Assembly: GCA_016790515.1 (NCBI GenBank)
Contig: JAEUOY010000168.1
Coordinates: 537 to 64,536 of the forward strand
Length of the DNA: 64,000 nt
DNA from: Burkholderiaceae bacterium
Lineage (GTDB): Bacteria; Pseudomonadota; Gammaproteobacteria; Burkholderiales; Burkholderiaceae_C
Reading direction: 5' to 3'
Shown here one piece after another: positions 16,800 through 27,040 of this stretch. Each line of letters starts with the position of its first letter. Positions within the stretch are counted from its first letter, which is position 1. Below the pieces are notes generated by a model. That model ran no database searches and had not been told where the DNA came from. It worked only from the letters and a program-made list of their open reading frames with translations. The translations under genes and the position numbers were made by a program.

Positions 16800-19700
16800 A
16801 TGTCGCTCCTCATCCGCCTGACCTTGACTGCCCTCGCAGTCTTCTCGCTGGCATCGTGCGGCGGCGGCTCCGCGGAAGCGCCGCCGCTGCAGACCTCGGG
16901 CCGGGTGGTGGAGGGCTACCTGAGCGGCGCGACGGTGCTGTGCGACGGCAACGGCAACGGGGTCGCCGATTCGGGCGAGGTCACCGTCACCACCGACTCG
17001 GGCGGCAACTTCACCTTTCCCGCGCCGGGCTGCGCGTCGGGCATGACGGCCACCGGCGGCACCGACGTCGACACCGGCATCGCGTTCAAGGGGGTGCTGA
17101 AGGCCCCGGCCGGCGCCACCGTCGTCACGCCGCTGACCACCCTGATGGTCGGCGGCATGAGCCAGGAACGCGTGATCGCCGCGCTGGGCCTGCCCGCCGG
17201 CACCGACATCCCGAACGCCAACCCGGTGTTCGACCCCGAGCTGATGAAGCGGTCGCTGGCGGTCGAGCAGCTGCTGATCAAGACCACCGAGATGTTTGCA
17301 GGCCTGGGCGGCGACACGGCCGACGCGACGATGCGCGCCGTCTATGCCGAGGTCGCCGCCGCCCATGCCATCCTGCTCCAGGGCGGCGGGACCCTGATCG
17401 CCGGCACCGAGATGGATTCGATCGTGGTCGCCCAGCTGGTCAAGGTCGCGGCGCAGCGCGTTGCGCTGTCGCCGTCGGTGGGCAGTGCGGTCAAGGCCGC
17501 GCTGGCGGAACTCAACGCCGAATCGCTGGGCATCGCCACCTCGGGCGGCCTGACGGCGCAGGCCGAACACATCCTGAAGGCGGCCAACGGCGCGATCACC
17601 GCGGCAGCCACTGCCAGCCAGAAGGACACGACGATCACCGAGTTCGTGACGGACAACAAGGATCTGCTGAAGGCGGCACCGTCCTCGGCCACCTACCTGG
17701 CGGGCGCCGTCCTGACCGAGCAGGTCGTCGAGGGCCTCGGCGGCACGCCGGAGGTACCTGTCGAACCGGGCGCGCCGGCGACCTTCCCGATCAGCTTCGA
17801 TGGCGCGTCGGCCGTGCCCTTCACCGGCTTCAACGGCGCCGAAGGCAGCACGATCGAGGCCGGTCCGGCGGACGGCAGCGGCAAGGCGCTGAAGATCCTC
17901 AGGTCGGGTGGCGAGCCCTATGCCGGGGCGTTCATCACCACCGAGACGATGCCGCTCGCGGCCGACAAGAAGACGTTCACGGCGCGGGTCTATTCGCCAA
18001 AGGCCGGGATCCCGATGGTGCTGAAGGTGGAGGGTGCCAACGGCCTGAGTTCGGCCGACTTCCAGGCCACGACGGGCGTCGTGGCCGGCTGGCAGACGCT
18101 GACCTGGATCGCCACCGGGCTGGACCTCAGCAAGACCTACAACAAGCTGACCCTGCTGCCGAACCTCGGCACGGTCGACGCGGCGCCGGGGCAGTCGTAC
18201 TACTTCGACGACATCAACCTGGTCAAGGACAGCGGCACGACGCCGCCGTCCACCGAAACACCGCTGCCGATCGATTTCGACAGCGCCGTGCCGACCACCT
18301 TCGGCCAGTTCGGCGCCGGCGCGGCGATCGCGGTGGCGGCCGGCCCGGCCGGCGGCTCGGGCAATGCGGCCAAGTTCACCAAGTCGGCGGGTGACACCTG
18401 GGCCGGCTTCTTCTTCCCGACCGCGACCATTCCGTTCACCAGTACCAGCAGGACGATCACTGCCAAGGTCTACTCACCCAAGGCCGGCGCGGTGATGGTG
18501 ATGAAGGCCGAGAACGGGAACGTCTCGGCAGGCATCTCGTCCGGCGACGTGCCGGCCACGGCGACGACGGTGGTGGGCTGGCAGACGATGACCTGGGTCT
18601 TCACCAGCAAGGTGGATGTCGGCAAGACCTACAACTCGATCGCCATCATCCCGGACAGCGGGGTCGTCGGGTCGGGCCAGGCCTACTACTTCGACGACAT
18701 CACGCTCGTGACCGACAGCGGCAGTCCGCCGTCGGGGTCCACCGAAACGCCGCTGCCGATCAACTTCGACGACGCCCTGCCGAGCACGCTGGGGCAGTTC
18801 GGCGCCGGCGCGGCGATCTCGGTGGCGGCCGGCCCGACCGGCGGCTCGGGCAATGCGGCCAAGTTCACCAAGTCGGCGGGCGACACCTGGGCCGGCTTCT
18901 ACTTCCCGACCGCGACCATTCCGTTCAGCAGCACCCAGAGAACCATCACGGCCCGCGTCTACTCGCCCAAGGCCGGCGCGGTGATGGTGATGAAGGCCGA
19001 GAACGGGAACGCCTCGGCAGGCATCTCGTCCGGCGAGGTGCCGGCCACGGCGACGACGGTGGTGGGCTGGCAGACGATGACCTGGGTCTTCACCAGCAAG
19101 GTGGACCTCGGCAAGACCTACAACTCGATCGCCATCATCCCGGACAGCGGGGTCGTCGGGTCGGGCCAGGCCTACTACTTCGACGACGTCACGCTCGTCA
19201 CGGACGGCTCCGTTGCGCCCGGGCCGACCGACTACCTGGCCCTGGTCGCCGACACGATCAGCCTGGTCAACGGAGCCAGCAAGACCGACTACACGATGGC
19301 CCAGTTCGAGTCCGATGCCGGCATCCGCGTGGGCTGGCCGATCCCGTCGCCGATGCTGATGAAGGTGCCGCTGATGGAGGTCGGCAACGTCACGCTGCCG
19401 GCCGACCTGAAGGTCACCGCCGGGGTGTCGATCACCGAAACGGTGGCCGGCGGCAGGGGTGAGATCCAGGCCTACATCGCCAACGTCGACGTCAGGAAGA
19501 CGGGCACCAGCCTCGAGATCGCCGTGCCGACGACGGCGCCCGACTCGCTCGCCTACACCGTGTCGACCGACGCGAAGAAGAAGATGGTGATCGACTTCGG
19601 CGGCGGCGTGAAGGGCGTCAGCGCCACGCTGACGACGGCGGCCAACATGACCAACAGCCTGGTCTTCGGTGAAGTCGTCCAGTACGCGATCAACAGCATC

Positions 19701-19913
19701 AGCGGCCAGGGCTTCACCGGCATCTACGGGCTTCGCGGCAAGTACCGGGTGACGGTGGTTCTCACCGGCATTCCGCTGCGCCGGGCCGACGGCAGCGCGC
19801 TGCCGAACCTGTCCGTCGTCGTTCCGACGCAATTGGGAGCCGGTGGCGCCGTCGCGGCAAGCAAGACGGTCACCGGCCCGGGCCTGGTCGGCCATGTCGT
19901 CTTGGTCGACTGA
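16800..19913 (+). CDS. Large lipoprotein with three tandem ~160-aa putative carbohydrate-binding repeats
   Basis: Lipobox LASC-GGG; N-terminal GYLSGATV..DGNGNG..TPLTTL domain; three repeats each with (W/Y)AG, VYSPKAG..KxE, GWQT(L/M)TW, YN, YYFDD. Confidence 0.82.
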   Translation: MSLLIRLTLTALAVFSLASCGGGSAEAPPLQTSGRVVEGYLSGATVLCDGNGNGVADSGEVTVTTDSGGNFTFPAPGCASGMTATGGTDVDTGIAFKGVLKAPAGATVVTPLTTLMVGGMSQERVIAALGLPAGTDIPNANPVFDPELMKRSLAVEQLLIKTTEMFAGLGGDTADATMRAVYAEVAAAHAILLQGGGTLIAGTEMDSIVVAQLVKVAAQRVALSPSVGSAVKAALAELNAESLGIATSGGLTAQAEHILKAANGAITAAATASQKDTTITEFVTDNKDLLKAAPSSATYLAGAVLTEQVVEGLGGTPEVPVEPGAPATFPISFDGASAVPFTGFNGAEGSTIEAGPADGSGKALKILRSGGEPYAGAFITTETMPLAADKKTFTARVYSPKAGIPMVLKVEGANGLSSADFQATTGVVAGWQTLTWIATGLDLSKTYNKLTLLPNLGTVDAAPGQSYYFDDINLVKDSGTTPPSTETPLPIDFDSAVPTTFGQFGAGAAIAVAAGPAGGSGNAAKFTKSAGDTWAGFFFPTATIPFTSTSRTITAKVYSPKAGAVMVMKAENGNVSAGISSGDVPATATTVVGWQTMTWVFTSKVDVGKTYNSIAIIPDSGVVGSGQAYYFDDITLVTDSGSPPSGSTETPLPINFDDALPSTLGQFGAGAAISVAAGPTGGSGNAAKFTKSAGDTWAGFYFPTATIPFSSTQRTITARVYSPKAGAVMVMKAENGNASAGISSGEVPATATTVVGWQTMTWVFTSKVDLGKTYNSIAIIPDSGVVGSGQAYYFDDVTLVTDGSVAPGPTDYLALVADTISLVNGASKTDYTMAQFESDAGIRVGWPIPSPMLMKVPLMEVGNVTLPADLKVTAGVSITETVAGGRGEIQAYIANVDVRKTGTSLEIAVPTTAPDSLAYTVSTDAKKKMVIDFGGGVKGVSATLTTAANMTNSLVFGEVVQYAINSISGQGFTGIYGLRGKYRVTVVLTGIPLRRADGSALPNLSVVVPTQLGAGGAVAASKTVTGPGLVGHVVLVD
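18249..19205 (+). repeat. Intragenic tandem duplication, 489-bp period (copies ~18249-18716 and ~18738-19205)
   Basis: Two near-identical DNA copies encoding STETPLPI(D/N)FD...YYFDD(I/V)TLVTD; a more diverged third copy at ~17775-18230. Confidence 0.92.
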
Positions 19914-19929
19914 GGCGGGCGTTGCGCGG

Positions 19930-21081
19930 ATGACGATCGACCGGCATTCATCAGGCCCGGGCGCCCGCGGCCGGGCTCCGGTGGCCCGGCGCTGCCCGAG
20001 GCTGGCCGGCTTGCTGGCCGCCGCCGTCGCCGCGCCGGCCGCCCTGGCGGCCCCGCTCGACGCGCTGCTCACCGCCACGCCCGAGCGTGCCGACCCGCGC
20101 GGCCGGGTCGAACTGGGGTTCGACAAGGCGGTCGGTGCGCTCGACTTCTCGACCTCCTCCGACCCGTCGGGGCAGACCCCGGCGATCACCCAGGGCGACT
20201 ACAGCGGCGCGCAGATGCACGCGGCATGGCGGGCGACCGACCGGCTGTGGCTGTCGGGCGGGCTGTGGCAGCGGCGCATCCACAATGCCGTCGACCGCTT
20301 CGACTACCGCAGCTGGCAGCTCGCCGGCCAGTACCGGTTCAACGATGCGGCCGGCGCGGTGCCGGCCTTCGCGCTGCGCCTGTCGGGCTGGGGCAACCAG
20401 GCCTCGGAGACCGCGGCGACCACCCCGGTGCGGGTGCCGGGCGCGGTGCTGAACACGGTGACCGTCGCCGACCCGGCCGACCGCAACCTGCAGGCCGATC
20501 TGGTCGCCACCTGGCCGCTGTCGTCGCAGCTGGACGTCACCGGACTGCTCAGCGTCGGCTCGACCAAGCTGTCCTACGGCGGCCTCACGGCGACCACCAG
20601 CGTCGCCGGCTGCAACTACCACCTGCAGTTCACCGGCAACGACATCTTTGGCACGCTGATCGAGCCCTGTGCCGGCAGCGGCGGCGCGGTGATCAGGCAG
20701 TTCTACGACAGCAGCGGCGACTACGGCGTCGACGTCGCGCGCGAGATCGCCTGGAGCGGCCGCTTCATGCAGTTCGGCGCCAACGCCCAGTGGCGCGACG
20801 GCCCCTGGTCGGTGGCCGGCGGCTACCTGTTCTACACGATCAGGCGCGACGACGTCGACGACATCCTGGCCCGCCGCGGCAACCCGGTGTACCGCCACAA
20901 CCACCAGCTGATGTTCGAGGCCGCCTACAAGCTGAACCCGAACTGGAGCCCGTTCGCCCGCGCACAGATCAACAGCAATCTGTTCTTCAACGACATCCCG
21001 GTCACCTACAACGCCAGCACCTCGAGCAGCTTCGGCACCGCACTGTCGGTCGTCACGATCGGGTTGCGCGGCGGGTTCTGA
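19930..21081 (+). CDS. Outer-membrane beta-barrel protein, unknown function
   Basis: Signal-like Ala/Leu stretch (LAGLLAAAVAAPAALA), amphipathic beta-strand pattern, C-terminal IGLRGGF; 16 bp downstream of the large lipoprotein. Confidence 0.72.
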   Translation: MTIDRHSSGPGARGRAPVARRCPRLAGLLAAAVAAPAALAAPLDALLTATPERADPRGRVELGFDKAVGALDFSTSSDPSGQTPAITQGDYSGAQMHAAWRATDRLWLSGGLWQRRIHNAVDRFDYRSWQLAGQYRFNDAAGAVPAFALRLSGWGNQASETAATTPVRVPGAVLNTVTVADPADRNLQADLVATWPLSSQLDVTGLLSVGSTKLSYGGLTATTSVAGCNYHLQFTGNDIFGTLIEPCAGSGGAVIRQFYDSSGDYGVDVAREIAWSGRFMQFGANAQWRDGPWSVAGGYLFYTIRRDDVDDILARRGNPVYRHNHQLMFEAAYKLNPNWSPFARAQINSNLFFNDIPVTYNASTSSSFGTALSVVTIGLRGGF

Positions 21082-21105
21082 CCCGTACGAGCCGCCGGCC
21101 CTGGT

Positions 21106-21642
21106 TCAGGAGGCCAGTTTCAGGGCCACCAGGATGCGCGCCACCATGTTGTAGGCGGCGATCACGCCGACGATCTCGAACACCTGCTGATCGCTGACCA
21201 GGGCCTCGCGCAACCGGTCGAAGGTCGCGTCGCCCACCTGGACCTCGCGGGTCATCTCGACCACCAGCGCCAGCACCGCCTGCTGGGTGGCATCGAACAC
21301 CGGGTCGGCGGCCAGCGCCGGCTCGTCGCCGAGGCGGCGCAGCGCGGCGAGCTGGGCTTCGCTGGCGCCGGCGGCCAGGTACAGCGGCGCATGGTGGTGC
21401 ATCTCGAAGTCGGCGCGGTTCAGCGCCGCGACGCCGCACATCGCCAGCTCGCGCAGCAGCGGCGGCACCGTCAGCGCGGTGCGCACCCGGCCCATGAACT
21501 CGCCCCAGCCGGCGGCGAACGCCGGGCTGTGCAGCAGCAGCCGGTCCAGGTCGAGCAGCGCGCCGCCGCGGCGCTGGCGGATCGCCGCCACCAGTTCCGG
21601 CGGGCCGACCTGGTCGTCGGTGAGCAGGGGCAGTCGGGTCAT
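21106..21642 (-). CDS. Carboxymuconolactone decarboxylase (CMD/AhpD-like) family protein
   Basis: LLHSP, LRELA, EMHHH, AYNMVAR motifs; ATG 21642 after GGAG. Confidence 0.8.
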   Translation of the reverse strand: MTRLPLLTDDQVGPPELVAAIRQRRGGALLDLDRLLLHSPAFAAGWGEFMGRVRTALTVPPLLRELAMCGVAALNRADFEMHHHAPLYLAAGASEAQLAALRRLGDEPALAADPVFDATQQAVLALVVEMTREVQVGDATFDRLREALVSDQQVFEIVGVIAAYNMVARILVALKLAS

Positions 21643-21750
21643 CGGCGTCTCCGGCGGAGCGGGCCGTCGATTCTGCCGGGCCGGGAACGGTCGGCTTTGG
21701 CGGTGCGGCACCTGCCGCCCGCTGGACCTGAAGCCGGGGGGGCACGAGAG

Positions 21751-21781
21751 AAAAGCGCCGGCCGATCGAGTCGGCCGGCGC
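21751..21781 (-). terminator. Rho-independent terminator after cspD
   Basis: Minus strand GCGCCGGCCGA-loop-TCGGCCGGCGC followed by TTTT. Confidence 0.75.
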
Positions 21782-21805
21782 CCCGGCGGAGCGAAGAGCC
21801 GCGGC

Positions 21806-22024
21806 TCAGGCGGCTTGCGCGATCAGCGGCCGGATGTTCTGGGCCAGGTTGCCCTTGGGCCCCTGCACCAGTTCGAAGCTGACCTTGCTGCCCTGCTTGA
21901 GCGTACGGAATCCCTCCATGGCGATCGCCGAGAAATGGGCGAAGACATCCGGCCCGCCTTCTTCGGGTTCGATGAATCCGAAACCCTTGGCGTCATTGAA
22001 CCACTTGACAGTTCCCATCAACAT
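21806..22024 (-). CDS. cspD: Cold-shock domain protein CspD
   Basis: [31 protein letters not shown]; divergent from clpS-clpA as is typical for cspD. Confidence 0.88.
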   Translation of the reverse strand: MLMGTVKWFNDAKGFGFIEPEEGGPDVFAHFSAIAMEGFRTLKQGSKVSFELVQGPKGNLAQNIRPLIAQAA

Positions 22025-22256
22025 CGCGTACTCCGGCATCACCCTCGATTGCTGAGGGATGGCGGGATTCTGCGGACGGCCGCCGGAGGTCGTCTAGGCG
22101 GAGTGCTGGACCGTTGTTGTCATGTCTTCCCTACAAGGCGGGCGCCCGCCGCATCAGCCGGTGCCGGCGGCCGCTTTTCAGGCCTTGTCGTCCGGGATTG
22201 AGGCGCAATATCCAGGACAGGACCACGTTGGCCAGCCCGACTCGATAGAATGGATC

Positions 22257-22613
22257 ATGCCCCAGGACGACCCGCCTGCCCCGCCGCCGAAGCCGCCGGC
22301 GCAGCCGCGCCGCGGCGACAGCGGCGCGGTCGTGGCCGAGCGCAAGACGGCGCGCACCAAACCGCCGCAGATGTACCAGGTGGTGCTGCTCAACGACGAC
22401 TACACCCCGATGGAGTTCGTGGTCATGGTGTTGCAGCAATACTTCAAGCGTGATCTCGAGACGGCGACGCTGATCATGCTGAAGATCCACCACGAAGGGC
22501 GCGGCGTCTGCGGTGTCTACACCAAGGACGTCGCGGCCACCAAGGTCGAACTCGTGCTCGCCGCGGCCCGTCGCGCCGGGCATCCGCTTCAGTGCATTAT
22601 GGAGGCCGCATGA
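22257..22613 (+). CDS. clpS: ATP-dependent Clp protease adaptor ClpS
   Basis: [23 protein letters not shown]; overlaps the clpA start (ATGA). Confidence 0.95.
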   Translation: MPQDDPPAPPPKPPAQPRRGDSGAVVAERKTARTKPPQMYQVVLLNDDYTPMEFVVMVLQQYFKRDLETATLIMLKIHHEGRGVCGVYTKDVAATKVELVLAAARRAGHPLQCIMEAA

Positions 22614-24919
22614 TTGCGCAAGAACTGGAAGTCAGCCTGCACATGGCGTTCGTCGAGGCGCGCCAGCAGCGCCACGAGTTCATCACCGTCGAGCACCTGC
22701 TGCTGGCGCTGCTCGACAACCCCTCGGCGGCCGAGGTGCTGAAGGCCTGCGCGGCCAACATCGACGACCTGCGCAAGAGCCTGACCACCTTCATCAAGGA
22801 AAACACCCCCACCGTCGGCGGCACCGAAGAGGTCGACACGCAGCCGACGCTGGGCTTCCAGCGGGTGATCCAGCGCGCGATCATGCACGTGCAGTCCACC
22901 GGCTCGGGCAAGAAGGAAGTCACCGGCGCCAACGTGCTGGTGGCGATCTTCGGCGAGAAGGATTCGCACGCCGTCTATTACCTGCACCAGCAGGGCGTGA
23001 CCCGGCTCGACGTCGTCAACTTCATCGCCCACGGCATCAAGAAGAGCGAGCCGCCGGAGCCGACCAAGGGCAGCGAATCGGGCGGCGGCGAATCCGAGAA
23101 GGAAGACACCAGCGCCGAGTCCGGCAAGGGCTCGCCGCTGGACCAGTTCACGCAGAACCTGAACCAGCAGGCCCGTGACGGCAAGATCGACCCGCTGATC
23201 GGCCGCGATGCCGAGGTCGAGCGGGTGATCCAGATCCTCTGCCGCCGGCGCAAGAACAATCCGCTGCTGGTCGGCGAGGCCGGCGTCGGCAAGACCGCGA
23301 TCGCCGAGGGCCTGGCCTGGCGCATCACCCAGGCCGACGTGCCCGAGGTGCTGGCCAGCTCCACCGTCTACGCGCTCGACATGGGCGCGCTGCTGGCCGG
23401 CACCAAGTACCGCGGCGATTTCGAGCAGCGTCTGAAGGGCGTGCTCAAGCAGCTGAAGGACCAGCCCAACGCGATCCTGTTCGTCGACGAGATCCACACG
23501 CTGATCGGCGCCGGCGCCGCCTCGGGCGGCACCCTCGACGCGTCCAACCTGCTGAAGCCGGCGCTGGCCAGCGGCGCGATGAAGTGCATCGGCGCGACCA
23601 CCTTCACCGAATACCGCGGCATCTTCGAGAAGGACGCGGCGCTGTCGCGGCGCTTCCAGAAGGTCGACGTCGTCGAGCCGTCGGTCGAGCAGACGGTGGA
23701 GATCCTGAAGGGCCTGAAGTCGCGCTTCGAGGACCACCACAACGTCAAGTACGCGCTGGGCGCGCTGCAGGCCGCGGCCGAGCTGTCGGCCAAGTTCATC
23801 AACGACCGCCACCTGCCCGACAAGGCGATCGACGTGATCGACGAAGCCGGCGCCGCGCAGCGCATCCTGCCCAAGAGCAAGCAGAAGAAGACCATCACCC
23901 GCAACGAGGTCGAGGAGATCGTCGCCAAGATCGCCCGCATCCCGCCCGCCTCGGTGTCCAACGACGATCGCGGCAAGTTGAAGAGTCTCGACCGCGACCT
24001 GAAGAGCGTCGTCTTCGGCCAGGATCCGGCGATCGATGCGCTGGCCTCGGCGATCAAGATGGCCCGCTCGGGCCTGGGCAAGCCCGACAAGCCGATCGGC
24101 AGCTTCCTGTTCTCGGGTCCCACCGGCGTCGGCAAGACCGAGGTCGCCAAGCAGCTGGCCTACATCCTGGGCATCGAGCTGATCCGCTTCGACATGTCCG
24201 AGTACATGGAGCGCCACGCGGTCAGCCGGCTGATCGGCGCGCCGCCGGGCTATGTCGGCTTCGACCAGGGCGGGCTGCTGACCGAGGCGATCACCAAGAA
24301 GCCGCACGCGGTGCTGCTGCTCGACGAGATCGAGAAGGCCCACCCCGACGTCTACAACGTGCTGCTGCAGGTGATGGACCACGGCTCGCTCACCGACAAC
24401 AACGGGCGCAAGGCCGATTTCCGCAACGTCATCATCATCATGACGACCAATGCCGGCGCCGAGACGATGAACAAGGCGACGATCGGCTTCACCACCATGC
24501 GCGAGCAGGGCGACGAGATGGCCGACATCAAGCGCATGTTCACGCCCGAGTTCCGCAACCGGCTCGACGCCACCGTCAGTTTCCGCGCGCTCGACGAGGC
24601 GATCATCCTGCGCGTGGTCGACAAGTTCCTGCTGCAGCTCGAGGGCCAGCTGGCCGAGAAGAAGGTCGAGGTCACCTTCACCGACGCGCTGCGCAAGCAT
24701 CTGGCGAAGAAGGGTTTCGACCCGCTGATGGGCGCGCGGCCGATGCAGCGGCTGATCCAGGACACGATCCGCCGCGCGCTGGCCGACGAACTGCTGTTCG
24801 GCCGCCTGGTCGACGGTGGCCGCCTGACGGTCGATGTCGACGACCAGGGCGAGGTGCAGCTGGAAATCCAGCCGCCGAAGAAGAGCGACAAGCCGAAGAC
24901 CGAGCCCACGCCCGCTTGA
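22610..24919 (+). CDS. clpA: ATP-dependent Clp protease ATP-binding subunit ClpA
   Basis: [18 protein letters not shown]; two Walker A motifs GEAGVGKT and GPTGVGKT; no ClpB middle domain. Confidence 0.97.
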   Translation: MIAQELEVSLHMAFVEARQQRHEFITVEHLLLALLDNPSAAEVLKACAANIDDLRKSLTTFIKENTPTVGGTEEVDTQPTLGFQRVIQRAIMHVQSTGSGKKEVTGANVLVAIFGEKDSHAVYYLHQQGVTRLDVVNFIAHGIKKSEPPEPTKGSESGGGESEKEDTSAESGKGSPLDQFTQNLNQQARDGKIDPLIGRDAEVERVIQILCRRRKNNPLLVGEAGVGKTAIAEGLAWRITQADVPEVLASSTVYALDMGALLAGTKYRGDFEQRLKGVLKQLKDQPNAILFVDEIHTLIGAGAASGGTLDASNLLKPALASGAMKCIGATTFTEYRGIFEKDAALSRRFQKVDVVEPSVEQTVEILKGLKSRFEDHHNVKYALGALQAAAELSAKFINDRHLPDKAIDVIDEAGAAQRILPKSKQKKTITRNEVEEIVAKIARIPPASVSNDDRGKLKSLDRDLKSVVFGQDPAIDALASAIKMARSGLGKPDKPIGSFLFSGPTGVGKTEVAKQLAYILGIELIRFDMSEYMERHAVSRLIGAPPGYVGFDQGGLLTEAITKKPHAVLLLDEIEKAHPDVYNVLLQVMDHGSLTDNNGRKADFRNVIIIMTTNAGAETMNKATIGFTTMREQGDEMADIKRMFTPEFRNRLDATVSFRALDEAIILRVVDKFLLQLEGQLAEKKVEVTFTDALRKHLAKKGFDPLMGARPMQRLIQDTIRRALADELLFGRLVDGGRLTVDVDDQGEVQLEIQPPKKSDKPKTEPTPA

Positions 24920-24947
24920 CCGCGGCTCGAACCCGGCTTGATCCCGA

Positions 24948-25730
24948 TCAAGGCCCGCCGAACACCGCCGGGTCCTGCCGGTAATAGCGCGCCAGCAGCC
25001 CGTACAGCGCGGGGTGCTCGGCGCGCATCGCTTTGGGCGTGACGAAGAAGCTCTCGCTGGCCACCGCGAAGAATTCGTCGACGCCGGTCGCGCCGTAGGG
25101 GTCGAGCAGGGTCTCGGCGCCCGAGTCCACCTCGGCGCAGAAGCGCTCGTAGGCCGGAGCCATCACCGCGACCCAGGCCTCGCGCTCGGCCGCGCTGGCC
25201 AGCGGCGGCACGCCGTCGGCCTCGCCGTCGCCCATGTCCAGCACATGGGCGAACTCGTGGATCACGACGTTGTAGCCCCAGTCGGCCGATTCGCCCGACT
25301 CGGCCACGTCGCGCCAGCTCAGCATCACCGGGCCGCCGGCCATCGCCTCGCCGGCGAGCACCTCGTCCCATTCGTGGACGATGCCGTCGTCGTCCATCGT
25401 CTCGCGCCGGGCCACCACCTCGTCGGGGTGGACGACGATGCCGACGAAGCCGGCATAAGGTGCCAGCCCGAAGCGCAGCACCGGCAGCACCGCCTGCGCG
25501 GCGATGCACAGCGCGATCGCGTCGTCGACGACCAGACCGCCGGCGCCCGAGAACTCCTTCTGGTCGAGGAACAGGCTGGCCAGGCGGCGCAGTTCGGCCA
25601 GGTCGCCGGCCGGGCGCGCGGCCAGGAACGGCAGCCGGGCCAGTGTCAGGCGCCACAGCGCCTCGGGGATCGCGCGCCGCGCCAGCACCCGGGCCTCGCG
25701 GTGGGCCCGCCAGCGGCGAAGCAGGGCCAT
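24948..25730 (-). CDS. mtfA: MtfA-like zinc metallopeptidase (M90)
   Basis: GEA..GGPVMLSW, NVVIHEFAH.LD, DPYGAT..EFFAV.SE.FF. Confidence 0.85.
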   Translation of the reverse strand: MALLRRWRAHREARVLARRAIPEALWRLTLARLPFLAARPAGDLAELRRLASLFLDQKEFSGAGGLVVDDAIALCIAAQAVLPVLRFGLAPYAGFVGIVVHPDEVVARRETMDDDGIVHEWDEVLAGEAMAGGPVMLSWRDVAESGESADWGYNVVIHEFAHVLDMGDGEADGVPPLASAAEREAWVAVMAPAYERFCAEVDSGAETLLDPYGATGVDEFFAVASESFFVTPKAMRAEHPALYGLLARYYRQDPAVFGGP

Positions 25731-25742
25731 GACCATGGGCGG

Positions 25743-26528
25743 TCAGGCCGGCGCTGCCGCCAGGTCGAGCACCGCGAGCCCGTCGCCCGACAGGCGCAGC
25801 GCGCGTGCCCGCGGCGGCCCGTGGTCGAAATCCCAGTCGCTCATCACGTGCCGGACGCCACCGCCAGGCAGCGCGTGCACCGCCGGACGATGGGTGTGGC
25901 CGTGAATCATCGCCGCGGCGGCGGCCCGGCGCAGCCAGGCGGCGGCGGCCTCGTCGTCGACATCGCTCCAGCGCTCGGACGGCAGCGCGGCCTGGTGGGT
26001 CTGGCTGGCATCGCGCATCGCGCGGGCCTGGCGCTGGCGCTCGGCCAGCGGCTGGGCCAGGAAGCGCGCCTGCCATTCGGCGCCGCGCACCTGGGCGCGA
26101 AAGCGCTGGTAGTCGGTGTCGGCCAGGCACAGCGCGTCGCCGTGGGTCAGCAGCCAGCGCGTGCCGAAGGCCTGCAGCACCGTCGGGTCGGCCAGGCGCA
26201 CGATGCCGGCGTCGGCCAGCAGTTCGTCGCCGACCAGGAAATCGCGGTTGCCGGGCAGGAAGCCCAGCCAGCGCCTGCGGCCGGCCTCGCGCAGCACCTG
26301 CAGGCACTCGCGCTCGAAGCCGAAGTGGCGGGCGTCGTCGCCGACCCAGACCTCGAACAGGTCGCCGAGCATCAGCACCGCATCGGCCGGCGTGCCGAGC
26401 AGGTGCTCGCGCCAGGCGGCGAAGGTGCGCGGCAGGTCGGCGTGCAGATGCACGTCCGACAGCAGGTCGATGCGGCGCCAGGCCGGGTCGGCCTGCAGCA
26501 GCGGGAAGGCCGGCGCGTCGGCGGGCAC
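25743..26528 (-). CDS. lpxH: UDP-2,3-diacylglucosamine hydrolase
   Basis: SDVHL, GDLFEVWVGDD, GNRDFL, HGD, IHGHTHRP; downstream of ppiB. Confidence 0.93.
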   Translation of the reverse strand: MPADAPAFPLLQADPAWRRIDLLSDVHLHADLPRTFAAWREHLLGTPADAVLMLGDLFEVWVGDDARHFGFERECLQVLREAGRRRWLGFLPGNRDFLVGDELLADAGIVRLADPTVLQAFGTRWLLTHGDALCLADTDYQRFRAQVRGAEWQARFLAQPLAERQRQARAMRDASQTHQAALPSERWSDVDDEAAAAWLRRAAAAAMIHGHTHRPAVHALPGGGVRHVMSDWDFDHGPPRARALRLSGDGLAVLDLAAAPA

Positions 26529-26535
26529 CGCGGCG

Positions 26536-27039
26536 TCAGGCGATCTCGGCCGCCTTCAGGATTGTCACCGCTTCCTTCGGCACGTCGTCGTGGAAGCCGC
26601 TGCGGCCGGTGGCCACCTGCTCGATCCTGTCGACCACGTCGGTGCCGGCCACCACCTTGCCGAACACCGCGTAGCCCCAGCCTTGCGCGCTCTCGCTCCT
26701 GAAGTTGAGGAAGTCGTTGTCGGTGGCGTTGATGAAGAACTGCGCGGTGGCCGAATGCGGCGCGCTGGTGCGCGCCATCGCCAGCGTGTACTTGTCGTTC
26801 TTCAGGCCGTTGCTGGCCTCGTTGCGGATCTCGGCGCCGGTGGGCTTCTGCTTCATGTCGGCGGTGAAGCCGCCACCCTGGATCATGAAGCCTTTGATCA
26901 CGCGGTGGAAGATCGTGCCGTCGTAATGACCGTTGTTCACGTAGGCCAGGAAGTTGGCCACCGTCTGCGGCGCCCTGGCGTCGTCGAGTTCGATGCGGAT
27001 GGCGCCCGCGCTGGTGCTGAGTTCGACGGTCTTGGTCAT
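26536..27039 (-). CDS. ppiB: Cytoplasmic cyclophilin peptidyl-prolyl isomerase
   Basis: [37 protein letters not shown]. Confidence 0.95.
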   Translation of the reverse strand: MTKTVELSTSAGAIRIELDDARAPQTVANFLAYVNNGHYDGTIFHRVIKGFMIQGGGFTADMKQKPTGAEIRNEASNGLKNDKYTLAMARTSAPHSATAQFFINATDNDFLNFRSESAQGWGYAVFGKVVAGTDVVDRIEQVATGRSGFHDDVPKEAVTILKAAEIA

Positions 27040-27040
27040 G

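Noticed and set aside
18249-19205. Repeats as a CRISPR array or mobile element
   Set aside because: They are in-frame coding domain repeats without spacers, terminal inverted repeats or cas/transposase genes.
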